From Candidatus Bathyarchaeia archaeon (GTDB taxonomy: Archaea; Thermoproteota; Bathyarchaeia; 40CM-2-53-6), in NCBI GenBank assembly GCA_049513715.1, contig JBEKVV010000001.1, forward strand, positions 608,001 to 672,000: DNA of 64,000 nt. The letters run 5' to 3'. The notes under the pieces are model-generated. The model was not told the DNA's origin. It ran no database searches and saw nothing but the letters and a program-made list of their open reading frames with translations. This document shows positions 1 to 10,099 of this stretch, in pieces (the stretch's first letter is position 1; each line of letters starts with the position of its first letter). Position numbers and translations under genes: made by a program.

Positions 1-10
1 TGAGATTTCG

Positions 11-1231
11 ATGGCAAAGCCCGATGTTGTGCTGTTCTGCGACATCGGCAGCGGCTATCTAGACCTGATTGGGACTCGGCTTGACGCCAAGGCCAGCTTG
101 GTCATGGACCATCATCCGCCAAACGCTACTGTTCCAAGCAAAACGCTTCAACTCAACCCACATGAGTTCGGGATTGATGGCGCGAGGTTAGTGAGCGCTG
201 CTGGCGTGTGTTACCTCGTGGCTAGAGAAGTATCGGACCAGAACAAGGACCTGAGCGCCATGGGGATCGTCGGCGCGCTGGGCGATATGCAGGACAAGAA
301 TGAGAAGAGGTCGCTCATGGGCCTAAACGAGCTTCTCGTAGAAGATGCCGTTTCCTCGGGAAACGTTCGGATTGATACAGATTTGGTCATCTACGGAAGA
401 GAGACGCGGCCTATTCATCGGGCCCTCGCCTATACAACCACACCTTACTTGCCAGACCTTAGCGGCCGGGAAGACAATTGCTTGACTCTCCTCACAAACA
501 ACGGAATCGCAGTGAAAGATGGGGACCGTTTTCGCACTCTGGCGGATTTGACACAAGATGAAAAACAGAAACTGCTGAACGCAATAATCGCCCACCTGAC
601 CTCGATCGGCTTTCAGTCCAGTGTTGTCCTCGATTTGGTTGGCACGGTGTATACTCTGGTCAAGGAACCACAAGGCAGCCCGACTAGGGACGCTAGAGAG
701 TTCTCGTCTTTGCTCAACGCATGCGGCAGAACTGGTAATCCTTCGATTGGCGTCAGTGTGGGGCTAGGAGACAGGAAGACTGCTCTGGATGAGGCCAACG
801 ACGTGGTCACAACCTACAGGAAGACGCTGGCATCATACATGGAATGGCTGACCAAATCACCCGAAGCAATCCAAAAGCTCAACTCAATCTGGATAATTCG
901 CGGCGAGAACATGATTCAAGAAAGCATGACTGGGGCCTTCTCCTCTGTGATATCCTCAGCCGGAAACCTCTCCCCTGACCACGCCATATTCGTTCTTTCC
1001 CGTTCAAAGGACGGTGGAATCAAACTCTCAGGAAGAGCACCGCCGAAACTGCTCAAAATGGGTGTTAACCTAGGTGCAGCGCTCAGTGCAACTGCCCCGA
1101 AATACTCGGGCTTCGGGGGAGGGCACAATGTGGCAGCCGGTGCCCACATCAAAGTACAAGACCCCAACGACTTCCTTCAAGATCTAGACTCGGCAATAAC
1201 GGCGCAGATGAAGCAAAGCAATGGAAGCTGA
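11..1231 (+). CDS. DHH family phosphoesterase, RecJ/GAN-like (probably 5'-truncated by the window edge)
   Basis: Motifs CDIGSG, DHH, GALGD and DHHA1 GGGH; conserved position upstream of pcc1-rps3ae. Confidence 0.9.
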   Translation: MAKPDVVLFCDIGSGYLDLIGTRLDAKASLVMDHHPPNATVPSKTLQLNPHEFGIDGARLVSAAGVCYLVAREVSDQNKDLSAMGIVGALGDMQDKNEKRSLMGLNELLVEDAVSSGNVRIDTDLVIYGRETRPIHRALAYTTTPYLPDLSGREDNCLTLLTNNGIAVKDGDRFRTLADLTQDEKQKLLNAIIAHLTSIGFQSSVVLDLVGTVYTLVKEPQGSPTRDAREFSSLLNACGRTGNPSIGVSVGLGDRKTALDEANDVVTTYRKTLASYMEWLTKSPEAIQKLNSIWIIRGENMIQESMTGAFSSVISSAGNLSPDHAIFVLSRSKDGGIKLSGRAPPKLLKMGVNLGAALSATAPKYSGFGGGHNVAAGAHIKVQDPNDFLQDLDSAITAQMKQSNGS

Positions 1232-1475
1232 AATCAAACTCAAATACCGATCTCCGTTGTTTGCAGAAAGCGTGAAGAACGCTCTGAATCCGGACAACAA
1301 GTTGATGGGGGGAGGCATGAGGATTGCTGCCCGCACTCACGGGCGAATCGTAAGCATAACTATCAGAGGCTGTAGCAGAGTTGAGACGCTTCAAGCAACA
1401 GTCCAAGATGTTTTCCGCTGCCTTCGCGCCGCAGAATCATCGCTTTCGCGACTGGAGCAACGCAAGAGAGCATAG
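1221..1475 (+). CDS. pcc1: KEOPS complex subunit Pcc1-like
   Basis: 84 aa; ALNPDN and 'TLQATVQDVFRCL' pattern; synteny between DHH and S3Ae. Confidence 0.75.
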   Translation: MEAEIKLKYRSPLFAESVKNALNPDNKLMGGGMRIAARTHGRIVSITIRGCSRVETLQATVQDVFRCLRAAESSLSRLEQRKRA

Positions 1476-1553
1476 CGCTATTGTTGCTGTGAACTCTTTA
1501 AATAGCGCTCAAATGGTACGTTCACAAAAATCCGAAGCGATAGTGGAAATCAC

Positions 1554-2186
1554 TTGTCAAAGGCCACAAGAAAAGTCAGAGACAAATGGCGACTGAAAGA
1601 ATGGTACGATGTCTACAGCCCATCATACTTCGGTGAGATGGTAGTCGCAAGCATTCCTTGTGAAGACCCAAGCGCCATCATTGGGCGAGTTGTCGAAACA
1701 ACCCTTTACGACATTACGAATGATTTCGCCCACCAATCAATCAAACTCTACTTCCTAGTCGTGAACACGAAGGAGCACAGAGCGGAGACAATTCTCAAGT
1801 CGCATGAATATGCTACTGACTACTTGCGCAGCCTGGTAAGGCGCGGAAGCACTAGGATGGACGGCATCTTCAACGCCACTACAACGGACCAATTCTCAAG
1901 TAGAATATCCGTTGTAGCGTTTACGCGGGATCGGATAAAGGCCTCCCAGGAGCACGGCATTCGCCAGATGATGAGACAAGTGGTGGAAGAGAAAGCTGCA
2001 TCGCTAAGCTACGAGCAACTCTCTCACGAAGCAGTCCTGGGCAAGCTTGGGTCAGACATTTACAACATGGCAAAGAAGATAGCTCCTTTGAGGCATGTTG
2101 GCGTTAGGAAGTCGAGGCTCATATCGATTCCTGCTGGTGTCATCGCTACACCGGCGCAGGTTATCGAGCAGGCCAAAGCAGCCTAG
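1554..2186 (+). CDS. rps3ae: 30S ribosomal protein S3Ae (eS1)
   Basis: RKVRDKWRLKEWY, GRVVETTLYDIT, DYLRSLVRRGS, KKIAPLR. Confidence 0.97.
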   Translation: MSKATRKVRDKWRLKEWYDVYSPSYFGEMVVASIPCEDPSAIIGRVVETTLYDITNDFAHQSIKLYFLVVNTKEHRAETILKSHEYATDYLRSLVRRGSTRMDGIFNATTTDQFSSRISVVAFTRDRIKASQEHGIRQMMRQVVEEKAASLSYEQLSHEAVLGKLGSDIYNMAKKIAPLRHVGVRKSRLISIPAGVIATPAQVIEQAKAA

Positions 2187-2321
2187 TTCATAGGAACAGT
2201 ACGGCGACCGGGATTTTTGATTCTCACTTCGCAAAAGTGGACAGCAAGAAAATGCGGTGTTTCACGCTACAAGTTTTCTGCGAGATTCATCAGACTAAGT
2301 AGACGGCGTCGAACCCAAAGG

Positions 2322-2627
2322 TTACCGGGCAGATCTCTTGTACATCTTCCGAATCTCCGCATGAATTTCGTCTAGGTCTTTCTGAAGACTGTCAACATCC
2401 GGAGGCAAAGCCTCGTCTGGTCTGGAACTGCCCGGAGTCGCTCGACTAGAGATTCTTTCCACTTCTTTAGATAGGCGTCGAATCTTTTCCTGCAGGTCAG
2501 CGGTCCTCTCAAGGCTGTGCAGGAGACCTGCCAATCCTCCCGTTATGATTCCTGCTGCAACGCCCGCTATGAACGAGACTACGTCGAAAGCCATGGCGAA
2601 TCCAAACCACACAAGTAGCTTTGGCAT
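2322..2627 (-). CDS. hypothetical small protein with N-terminal TM helix and coiled coil (likely start at internal MAFD)
   Basis: Gly/Ala-rich hydrophobic helix followed by a heptad-like charged region. Confidence 0.6.
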   Translation of the reverse strand: MPKLLVWFGFAMAFDVVSFIAGVAAGIITGGLAGLLHSLERTADLQEKIRRLSKEVERISSRATPGSSRPDEALPPDVDSLQKDLDEIHAEIRKMYKRSAR

Positions 2628-2849
2628 ATATGCTAATAAACAGCCGACAGTTAGTGGCTTTAATTAGCTGACGACGCGTTTGAAATGCGCTGTTTCCGCA
2701 CGCCTACTCTTTGAGAGCTAATTAGTTCGACATTTTCTGCTAAACAGCGTTTTTTGATGTCGCAATTCCACGTAACTAAGAGACAAGAGGGGAAGGATTT
2801 TGAGGGCTCAAGATTAGTCAACACTTGCATGAATGGAGATCGGGTCCAA

Positions 2850-3746
2850 TTACAGACGATTTCGCAGAGCTTGCCGTTCTTTGGCGACCTCTTCCCTGAA
2901 TTCAGGTATAGCCTTCATGAGTGACGATTGCTTTCTATTGAGCTGGCGAATAATCCACCTTTGAGTTCTCTCGGGTCGTAATTGCCATATCGGGAGCTGT
3001 TCGTCCCACGCAAGGATTTGGTTATAGGTGACTTCGGCGGTGGCATAGAACCCCTCTGTCGTCTCAAGATAACGATTTGTAACCAAGAGTTCCAATGAAG
3101 GCAGCTTGAAGCGGGAAGTCACAAAGTGCCACTTTTTCGAGTCCGGCGTTTTTTCATTGTAACGAGCACTTTTCGTGATTAGCGATAGCACCTGCTCGTT
3201 CCGCGCTAATTCGGTCAAAACGGCTCCGAGTCTGCGGTCTGTTTCTTCGTGATGAATCACCTCGTAGATTGTGCCACGACCTGAAATTGCTTGTATGACA
3301 TGGCTGTCAGGTCGTTTCGGATTATCAAGGCAATCTTTGATTGCGGCGCGGAATCTGCTTTCGAACTTCTTCATACTTGCACTTTGTTTTGGTGAATACC
3401 GTAATGTTCCTTTAATCCCAAGGTCAAATGGAAGTTCTTGGTCAGATTCCAAAATGGTTATAGTACGATGAGCAAAGCTTTGTCGAACGCCCAATTCCCA
3501 GTATACGTTGGGATTTGCATCAGTCAGGTCCGCAACCACTATTTCTGAACTAATCAAGTCCGCTATTATTTGATTCAATATGTCACCACGCAAGGCTTCG
3601 GAACGATGTGCATCAATCGCATTGTCTTCTTCTATGAGCGGCTTCAAGAAGTCTTCGTAGAACTCAGTCCAGTATTCGGCTGTGTGTCTGATTGTCGTGC
3701 CACTAAAAGGCATAATCACAAAACATTTCGCTTTCGACTGTGACAA
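2850..3746 (-). CDS. nucleoside 2-deoxyribosyltransferase-like (NDT/TIR-like) domain protein with helical C-terminus
   Basis: CFVIMPF...IVVADLTDANPNVYWELG...LPFD motifs. Confidence 0.8.
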   Translation of the reverse strand: MSQSKAKCFVIMPFSGTTIRHTAEYWTEFYEDFLKPLIEEDNAIDAHRSEALRGDILNQIIADLISSEIVVADLTDANPNVYWELGVRQSFAHRTITILESDQELPFDLGIKGTLRYSPKQSASMKKFESRFRAAIKDCLDNPKRPDSHVIQAISGRGTIYEVIHHEETDRRLGAVLTELARNEQVLSLITKSARYNEKTPDSKKWHFVTSRFKLPSLELLVTNRYLETTEGFYATAEVTYNQILAWDEQLPIWQLRPERTQRWIIRQLNRKQSSLMKAIPEFREEVAKERQALRNRL

Positions 3747-3774
3747 TTGTGATTTTTCCCTCTTTGACGTTCGT

Positions 3775-4461
3775 TCACTTGAGCGGCGGTTTTCCCGCGT
3801 CTGCTAGTTTTTGATTGATGGCTGCTTTTTTCTGCTTTAGGCGTTCAGGTTGGACGTAGTAGTGGTCGAAGAGGCCATCTAGGACGTCGAGATTCGACTC
3901 GGCCTCTCCGGCTTCAACCTCAACGATCTCCCCAGAGGACTTAGATTTTATGGGGTGTGTAGCGAAGTTGCCAACGACCCTTATTGCATCTACTATTTCT
4001 CGTAGGCTGCTTGGGAGTGTGGGCAACACTTCGTCAATCTGCTGTGACAATTCCTTCGACTTGGTGTGCGCCGCTTGTGTCAAGACTGTTTGCAGACACC
4101 TTCTTGACAATGCGGCGCTTGCCATTGGACTTATGGCAAGCACTTCAGCCGACTCCCGGTATACCGTCCTGACGTGCTCAGGAACTTCAGGCGGAACAGG
4201 CCTGACTGCTCCTCCCCGCGGCCAAATGAACCAATTTTGAGTCACCTTTTCCTTATAGTCAGTGCCTGCAGGTGTAGCGACCACACATGTAACTACGAGT
4301 CGCTGGCAATTCGGGCAACTTTCGAAGTCCACGGCGATTCGTTCCGAATCACTCCTGCCTTCAAGGGCATTGACCCCCCAGTCTGTGGTTGTTCCAACTG
4401 GACCAACGCTTTGAGGTTTGAAGTACACATCGTGAAGGCAATGCGGACACTTTCCTCTCAT
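3775..4461 (-). CDS. DUF4145 (HEPN-like) protein with N-terminal Zn ribbon
   Basis: CPHC/CPNC; ASAALSRRCLQ; IRVVGNFATH. Confidence 0.85.
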   Translation of the reverse strand: MRGKCPHCLHDVYFKPQSVGPVGTTTDWGVNALEGRSDSERIAVDFESCPNCQRLVVTCVVATPAGTDYKEKVTQNWFIWPRGGAVRPVPPEVPEHVRTVYRESAEVLAISPMASAALSRRCLQTVLTQAAHTKSKELSQQIDEVLPTLPSSLREIVDAIRVVGNFATHPIKSKSSGEIVEVEAGEAESNLDVLDGLFDHYYVQPERLKQKKAAINQKLADAGKPPLK

Positions 4462-4485
4462 TTCCTAACCGCCAACTTAGACTCC

Positions 4486-5454
4486 TTAGCTTCCGTGTCG
4501 TACGATATTCGTGATATATGCGAGTAATGACAAGAAACTAAGCAGGATTCCCACCGTCGGGGCATATCTGTTCAGGAGCTCCACCCCAGTAGCTAGACGG
4601 TTTTTTCTCTCAAAATCAAGAACGGCTAGACCGTGATCGGGGTCGAGTCGGAATAGGACAGGGTCAAGCGACCTGTCGGCTATGAGCCTGCTAGCAAGAC
4701 TTCTTAGCAGTGGGTCATGGCCTTTCTCTCGAAAAAGCGGAGTGACCATGAGACGAGCAACTGTATCTTTCTTAATGGCATGTCCCGCTTTCGTTGACAA
4801 ATAGTCGCTCATATGTGCCGCCCCTCTTTCAATCCACTTGACCTTCGAGAATTTGCTTTTCTCTATCATTGCACGACGCAGACATAGAGCAGCAAGTGTC
4901 CTTGAATTGAATATCCCCGTATAAACCGAAAAGGTCAACCCCCACACAAATGACGTCACCAGACTCAGAAAAATCAAATTGACGAGAGAATCCGAAATAA
5001 CGAATCCCCCAAATATCACCGTCAATTGACGCAACAGAAGGAAGAATATCATTAGAAGGATGGAATACTTCCATATGATTTCCGATCCTTCCATAATCCT
5101 GTAGTATACACCAAAATCCACTCTGCGATAGAACTGTGACATACCCACCGACGGAACAAGACCGACGAGTAACGAGGAAGCAACTGCAGCGTACGAAACG
5201 AAAATGGCTGCTGAACTTAGAAGATGTTGAAGGATCGTTCCGACGACGCTGACAACCAACACGATTGAAAAAAGCGACGACATAATGAACGCCAACCCGA
5301 CGACACCAGTTACCCACCACGTTTCGAGTTTTGCGAACCGTCCCTCCTTTCTGCCTAGTGGAACCCTGAGGTCAGAAAAACAGTAATCCGTCATTCGTTT
5401 TTTCAATTCCGTGCTACCACAAACACATGATTCCTCTGCCATCCTCGTGTTCAA
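4486..5454 (-). CDS. hypothetical multi-pass membrane protein (start uncertain)
   Basis: About 5 hydrophobic segments in a long ORF. Confidence 0.6.
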   Translation of the reverse strand: MNTRMAEESCVCGSTELKKRMTDYCFSDLRVPLGRKEGRFAKLETWWVTGVVGLAFIMSSLFSIVLVVSVVGTILQHLLSSAAIFVSYAAVASSLLVGLVPSVGMSQFYRRVDFGVYYRIMEGSEIIWKYSILLMIFFLLLRQLTVIFGGFVISDSLVNLIFLSLVTSFVWGLTFSVYTGIFNSRTLAALCLRRAMIEKSKFSKVKWIERGAAHMSDYLSTKAGHAIKKDTVARLMVTPLFREKGHDPLLRSLASRLIADRSLDPVLFRLDPDHGLAVLDFERKNRLATGVELLNRYAPTVGILLSFLSLLAYITNIVRHGS

Positions 5455-5523
5455 GCAATTTCCGAGTCATTGTCCCTGCTCGATGTCATGGTTTCATCAG
5501 CCAAGAGGAGCCTGTTGTGCTTC

Positions 5524-5694
5524 TTATTTTTTTGTATCAATTGTCGGTTGCGCTGGAAGTTCGCCTAACGGCTGCTCAAAGTCATTGCCGCAGCCTTCGC
5601 AGTAGTAGGTGAACCTGCAGATTTCGCCCTGCTGAGTCCAAATGCGTTCACAAGATTGAAGCGTCACGTTCGATTTGCAGTAGGGGCACCTCAA
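5524..5694 (-). CDS. 56-aa CPxC Zn-ribbon micro-protein (not in ORF track)
   Basis: TTG start; MRCPYCKSNVTLQSCERIWTQQGEICRFTYYCEGCGNDFEQ...KK*. Confidence 0.65.
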   Translation of the reverse strand: MRCPYCKSNVTLQSCERIWTQQGEICRFTYYCEGCGNDFEQPLGELPAQPTIDTKK

Positions 5695-5826
5695 TAGAAG
5701 TCACTGGCCTTCTCTGAGCGGCAAACATAGATAGCGGAAATGTTGTTTGCAGAGTGTACGCTCTGAGTTGACTCAAACTATTGAAGAAACAGACGAAAGC
5801 TCTCTCAATTATTGGTTCTCGCAATC

Positions 5827-6837
5827 CTATTTTTTCTTCTTTCTACTAACGACTAGAGAGGCGAATGCCGTCGTTACCGCGATTTCGGCATAGAATACCA
5901 TTTCAACCAAGCTGAGCTGTGGCGGAAGCAGTTGAACTGCACCGACGACGAAAGGCAACGTGCCGATTCCTATGCCGACAAATAGAGTAAGACCCTCTGA
6001 AACCTCAAGCACTTCGACCCTGCTGATTGCCACTATGATAAGTCCCAAGAAGAGCAGTGATGGAACCCAGAAAGCGAGTGTTCCTCGCAAGACTTCATCG
6101 GACGGACGCAGAAAGGAGACTTTCAAGGAATAGAAGTCATCGAATGACGAGAAGTTGACTGTATAATTCGCTGGTCCTTGATAGTAATTCCGCACTAAGT
6201 CAGCAGGAAGAGAGGACCCGAGCTTTACGAAATTCTGAGAAATCCTCCAGCTGTCGGCTATGCTTGGTGACGCTGAGACGTATGAAGTTAAACCCACGAG
6301 ATTGAGAGTCCTATTGAAACCGAACAAGAACGTAAGTGAATAGGCATCCCATGGGTATTCGCCCTCATGCTTCAGAGGCCATTCATGAGGTCTGGCACCT
6401 TTCTCAGGATAAGTCGGAAGCGGCCAATATCCACCTCGCTCCGGGCTAGAGAAGTCCCAGGTTCCATTCGAGAGCGTCGTTGGATGCCCCAAGATGTATT
6501 GGAAGTCTTTCGGAGACCATGAAAGAACGGAGTTGAATGACTTATTGTCGAGCGTTTGAAAATCCACTTGGAAAGAACTAGTTCGGAGAACGGTTCCCTT
6601 CACATCTAACTCAAGTGACTCTAGGGTAAATGCTGCGGACGCCTGCCCATTGGTAATGCCGAATGGTCCAAATGTGTAGTACGGTTTGCTCACGACCGGA
6701 TAGGATACGGCTGAGGCCCCGACGAACAAAACCGCTCCTGTGATGAGCACTAGCAAGGTTATGTGAATGGAATGTACGACAAACCATCTCCAACTCGATT
6801 GAAGATACGATTTCAGAGAGCCGATCAATTTGGGCAT
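5827..6837 (-). CDS. hypothetical membrane protein (N-terminal TM, soluble beta domain, 3 C-terminal TMs)
   Basis: Hydropathy pattern; YPWDAYSL motif before the TM bundle. Confidence 0.65.
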   Translation of the reverse strand: MPKLIGSLKSYLQSSWRWFVVHSIHITLLVLITGAVLFVGASAVSYPVVSKPYYTFGPFGITNGQASAAFTLESLELDVKGTVLRTSSFQVDFQTLDNKSFNSVLSWSPKDFQYILGHPTTLSNGTWDFSSPERGGYWPLPTYPEKGARPHEWPLKHEGEYPWDAYSLTFLFGFNRTLNLVGLTSYVSASPSIADSWRISQNFVKLGSSLPADLVRNYYQGPANYTVNFSSFDDFYSLKVSFLRPSDEVLRGTLAFWVPSLLFLGLIIVAISRVEVLEVSEGLTLFVGIGIGTLPFVVGAVQLLPPQLSLVEMVFYAEIAVTTAFASLVVSRKKKK

Positions 6838-7036
6838 CTCGTGGCTTCACAACTCTCAATACTAATAGACGATATCTCGTGCTAGAATTTTTCGGTTGAT
6901 TCCCGACCAAGCTCGTAATCCAATCATCTTGATCTGAAGAAGTAATCAGCTACTTCTACAAGAATAAGGGAGACATCGACAATCCTTGAGTACACCCAAA
7001 GTTTCACTATGGAACGGTTGTGTGGCTAGCCGCGAT

Positions 7037-8383
7037 TCATAGAGGGTCTCCGCGGGGATTTGTGGCAGGTGTGCCGCAATTCATGCAAATGAGGTCTGTC
7101 CATGGGAATTCTGCGCCGCAATACTGGCACTTATTTCTAATCTCATTTCTGGATTGAGCTGGAGAGAGGGCAATGAATCCATCCAATTCCTGAGGCTCAA
7201 ACATTGACACGTCTGTCGCGATGCGAAACTGCGAATAACCAATTGCCCCTGCATACAGGTCATAGACACCGGGAGCAACGTCTAGAGAATAGCGGCCCTT
7301 ATCTCTGGAGGACAAATAGCAAGCGGACATGACCTTTCTGCCGGTTGACTGATGCGTTGAAGGGACCGCCGCGGTACCGCTTGCTATGACAACCGCCGGC
7401 AGGGTCAGCGGATTGCCTTTCGATAGATACAATGTCCCTGACAGACTCCAAGTCACATATTCCCCCTTGACCGCGATAGGGTGAAAATCAAATTGGGATG
7501 CTGGGGGGGTCGCCCCGACGACTGATATCTCATCGCTGCCGTAGAACCGGTAGGTTCCTGCTATTTTGGGAGCGACCACGTCCGAAAGCCTGAAACTGAA
7601 CCATCCCCCTTTCAATGAAGACTGAGCCTCGGGGAATCTGAGTGTGGTCTTCACAACCCAGAATCTTGGGTAGTTCGGATCGTTCTCTGGGTTCACTGTA
7701 ACCATTATGTCGCCTGCAGAAACCAGCAAATCCGTATGGATCTCTTCAGCGGGATTGTTCGCCGCCGCTGTCAAGTCAAAGTCCCGCGGAATGTAGACGG
7801 TTATGACCTCGTCTCCGTGAAGAACCTGATGAGGCCTAACCGCCACCAGCACTCTAACTTTGTTCTGGTGGTCGTCCGTAGATGTCAGAACCTCTGTTCC
7901 TTCAATCGGATACCGTGAGTCTTGATGAGCGCGGTAACCCCAAGGTTGAGGTGAAATCGCAACGACCCCATACGTTTGAAGGGCGGCCTCGGCTGTGAAT
8001 TCTGCTGCAATTTCAGCAAGCAACTTCCGCAACTCAACAGTATTTGATTTGGAAAACCTATGGTACTTACAAACCAGAGGAAGAATTCCCTTGACTTTAG
8101 AGACCGCTTCCTCAACCAGGCCATAGATCGGCTTTCTATCTCCAAACGCCATGTAAGCCATACCGAGCTCGTTCTGAATCCAATCGCTCTCATCTGAAGT
8201 AATCACTGCCAAGAACCCGTTAGATGCCTGTATCCTGTTCACTATGACAGGGAGCGGGGGGGTCTTGGAAATCTCTTGGGCAATAATGCACTCGATCCCA
8301 TGAACGCTCAACTCGCTTCTGATGACCTCCACCAACAATTCATCCCCCTTGGCGAAGCTTATCGAAAGAAACAGTTTGCCCAG
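7037..8383 (-). CDS. TIR-like domain fused to beta-sandwich/carboxypeptidase-regulatory-like domain and double Zn ribbon
   Basis: Frame extends to a CTG at 8383, adding KLFLSISF; FLAVIT..SDWIQNELGMA; DVAPGVYDLYAGAIGY; CQYC..CMNC. Confidence 0.7.
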   Translation of the reverse strand: MGKLFLSISFAKGDELLVEVIRSELSVHGIECIIAQEISKTPPLPVIVNRIQASNGFLAVITSDESDWIQNELGMAYMAFGDRKPIYGLVEEAVSKVKGILPLVCKYHRFSKSNTVELRKLLAEIAAEFTAEAALQTYGVVAISPQPWGYRAHQDSRYPIEGTEVLTSTDDHQNKVRVLVAVRPHQVLHGDEVITVYIPRDFDLTAAANNPAEEIHTDLLVSAGDIMVTVNPENDPNYPRFWVVKTTLRFPEAQSSLKGGWFSFRLSDVVAPKIAGTYRFYGSDEISVVGATPPASQFDFHPIAVKGEYVTWSLSGTLYLSKGNPLTLPAVVIASGTAAVPSTHQSTGRKVMSACYLSSRDKGRYSLDVAPGVYDLYAGAIGYSQFRIATDVSMFEPQELDGFIALSPAQSRNEIRNKCQYCGAEFPWTDLICMNCGTPATNPRGDPL

Positions 8384-8735
8384 AATTCAGCACCTGTCCG
8401 CCTCGGATTAGAGCATATTACCGCATAAGGGCGTTTGGGGGAACTCGAAGTTCACAGGTCGAGAGTGAGTTAAGAGTTTGGAGTATCTGGATTATCGCAG
8501 GAAAAGGTTGAGCCAGGCCGTGGGTTTTCGATGCCGATTGCCATTATATTATCTATGTCAATGGTTTCCATCGCGAGTTTTCTTTTCCCTGGCGTGTTCC
8601 CCAGCTCAGCAGAACAAGCAGGATGTCATCTCTGGAACGACCGTCGAGTATTTGTGACAGACCAAGTGTCTTGGCGGCTTCAAGATTGAGCAGGTCTATC
8701 CACTTTCTCGGGTCATTCCCAGCTCCAGCTTTCTC

Positions 8736-8770
8736 GAATGTGTGCGCACCACTAAGGGCACACACAAATG
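8736..8770 (+). repeat. degenerate TIR|TSD|TIR junction copy
   Basis: gaatgtgtg|CGCACCACTAaggg|cacacacaaat. Confidence 0.7.
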
Positions 8771-9056
8771 ACCGCGGCAGGGATTCGAGAGATTGGTGAA
8801 AAGTTCTGGTTTGGACATGTTGGAAAAGAATCGAGTTCAGGCATTAACGTGAGCCGCATCATCGCGTGTGCACAATTACGTTCACAACCGAAAACTCCAC
8901 AAGGCAAGACAAGTCCTACTATGGACCGCAGGATAACGCGAATGGGTGTGAGCCACAATAGAACGATCTAAGAATTACCACCGGCCATCGCCAGAGTTTG
9001 ATCTTCTACGAGAGGGCGCTCGTGCATTTAGTCGATGCGACCCGGACAAAGTCGAA

Positions 9057-10091
9057 TTGCTGATTCAGTCGTGCTATGAGAATTTCTTGGAGCTCAATCT
9101 TCAACACCCTCGGCTATTCGCCAAAGCAAAAGAAGATCACCTTGATTCCCAGAGTCTCCTGAAACGAGTGCTGGTGATTGCAATTCCACCAAAAACCGAA
9201 ACCAAGTGGGGCCAGAAGATTCTCTGCCTATTTATGTCATTTCAATATGCGGTTGAGGCAGTCATCGTCGCGCACCTCGAAATGAGGAAAGCCTGGCAGA
9301 AGTCTCTCTCTCGAAAGCATTTTTGGGAGATTGTTGATGATTACCGCAGGCGACTGCTGGACCTTTTCGGAGAGGTTGGGTTTGATCGTTCCGACGTCCA
9401 TTTTTTCATTAAGGGAGACGAGGTTGTGTGGCCCGTTAATGTCTCTGAGGTAGAAGCTCTCGACTATGTCGACGCGAATCTGCAGGCTGGCTTATGGGCA
9501 AAACTCAATGACGTTTTTGGCCTTTTTACCGTTCAGGCCTATGAGGCGGCGGAGATTGTTCGAAATAAAGGCGCCTTGTTTAAGGCATTATTCGATGGAA
9601 TACCGACTCGGTTCTTTGCTTCAAGGAGAAGTGTCAAGAAAAGCACTAGCGTGCGCACTGAAGAACGCAATAAACTACCAAAAATCGGACTCGTTCTCGG
9701 TCGAATCACTACAACAAGTTATGTCAAAGACGTTCCAAGTAGTTGGAGCGTCCCATTCACATTCAGAAATCACGATAAAGATGTGTTAGGAAGAGTGAGC
9801 AAGTCCAAGATATCTGTCGTTGTCCGACCCTATGTTTCAGGAATCATTCCCGAACGACACGGATTCGGCCCTGGCGAACTCGACGACTTTCTCATTCCAC
9901 CAGGTCGCACGGTCGTTGGTGTAGCAAATATCGGCATTCAGCCTTTGTTTGCGAGAAACAATTGGGAGGACGAGTATAGTCAAGCTTTCAATACAGGTGA
10001 TCTCAAAATCAAACTGCAAATCAGTTACGTAATAAGTGACGAGTTTGGTAGGATCAAGAAAGCTAGAGAGCGTAGACTTCGCGTTTCTTAG
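9057..10091 (+). CDS. hypothetical protein
   Basis: 344-aa ORF, no recognised motif. Confidence 0.6.
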   Translation: MLIQSCYENFLELNLQHPRLFAKAKEDHLDSQSLLKRVLVIAIPPKTETKWGQKILCLFMSFQYAVEAVIVAHLEMRKAWQKSLSRKHFWEIVDDYRRRLLDLFGEVGFDRSDVHFFIKGDEVVWPVNVSEVEALDYVDANLQAGLWAKLNDVFGLFTVQAYEAAEIVRNKGALFKALFDGIPTRFFASRRSVKKSTSVRTEERNKLPKIGLVLGRITTTSYVKDVPSSWSVPFTFRNHDKDVLGRVSKSKISVVVRPYVSGIIPERHGFGPGELDDFLIPPGRTVVGVANIGIQPLFARNNWEDEYSQAFNTGDLKIKLQISYVISDEFGRIKKARERRLRVS

Positions 10092-10099
10092 TCACTGGT

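Noticed and set aside
2733..2756. Direct repeat with ~31245-31268 as island att sites
   Set aside because: Only about 18/24 identical, T-rich, and the right copy lies inside the 894-bp element.
3729..3738. Extra CGCTTTCG copy as a recombination site
   Set aside because: It lies inside a coding region with no flanking arm; the 8-mer also occurs in core genes.
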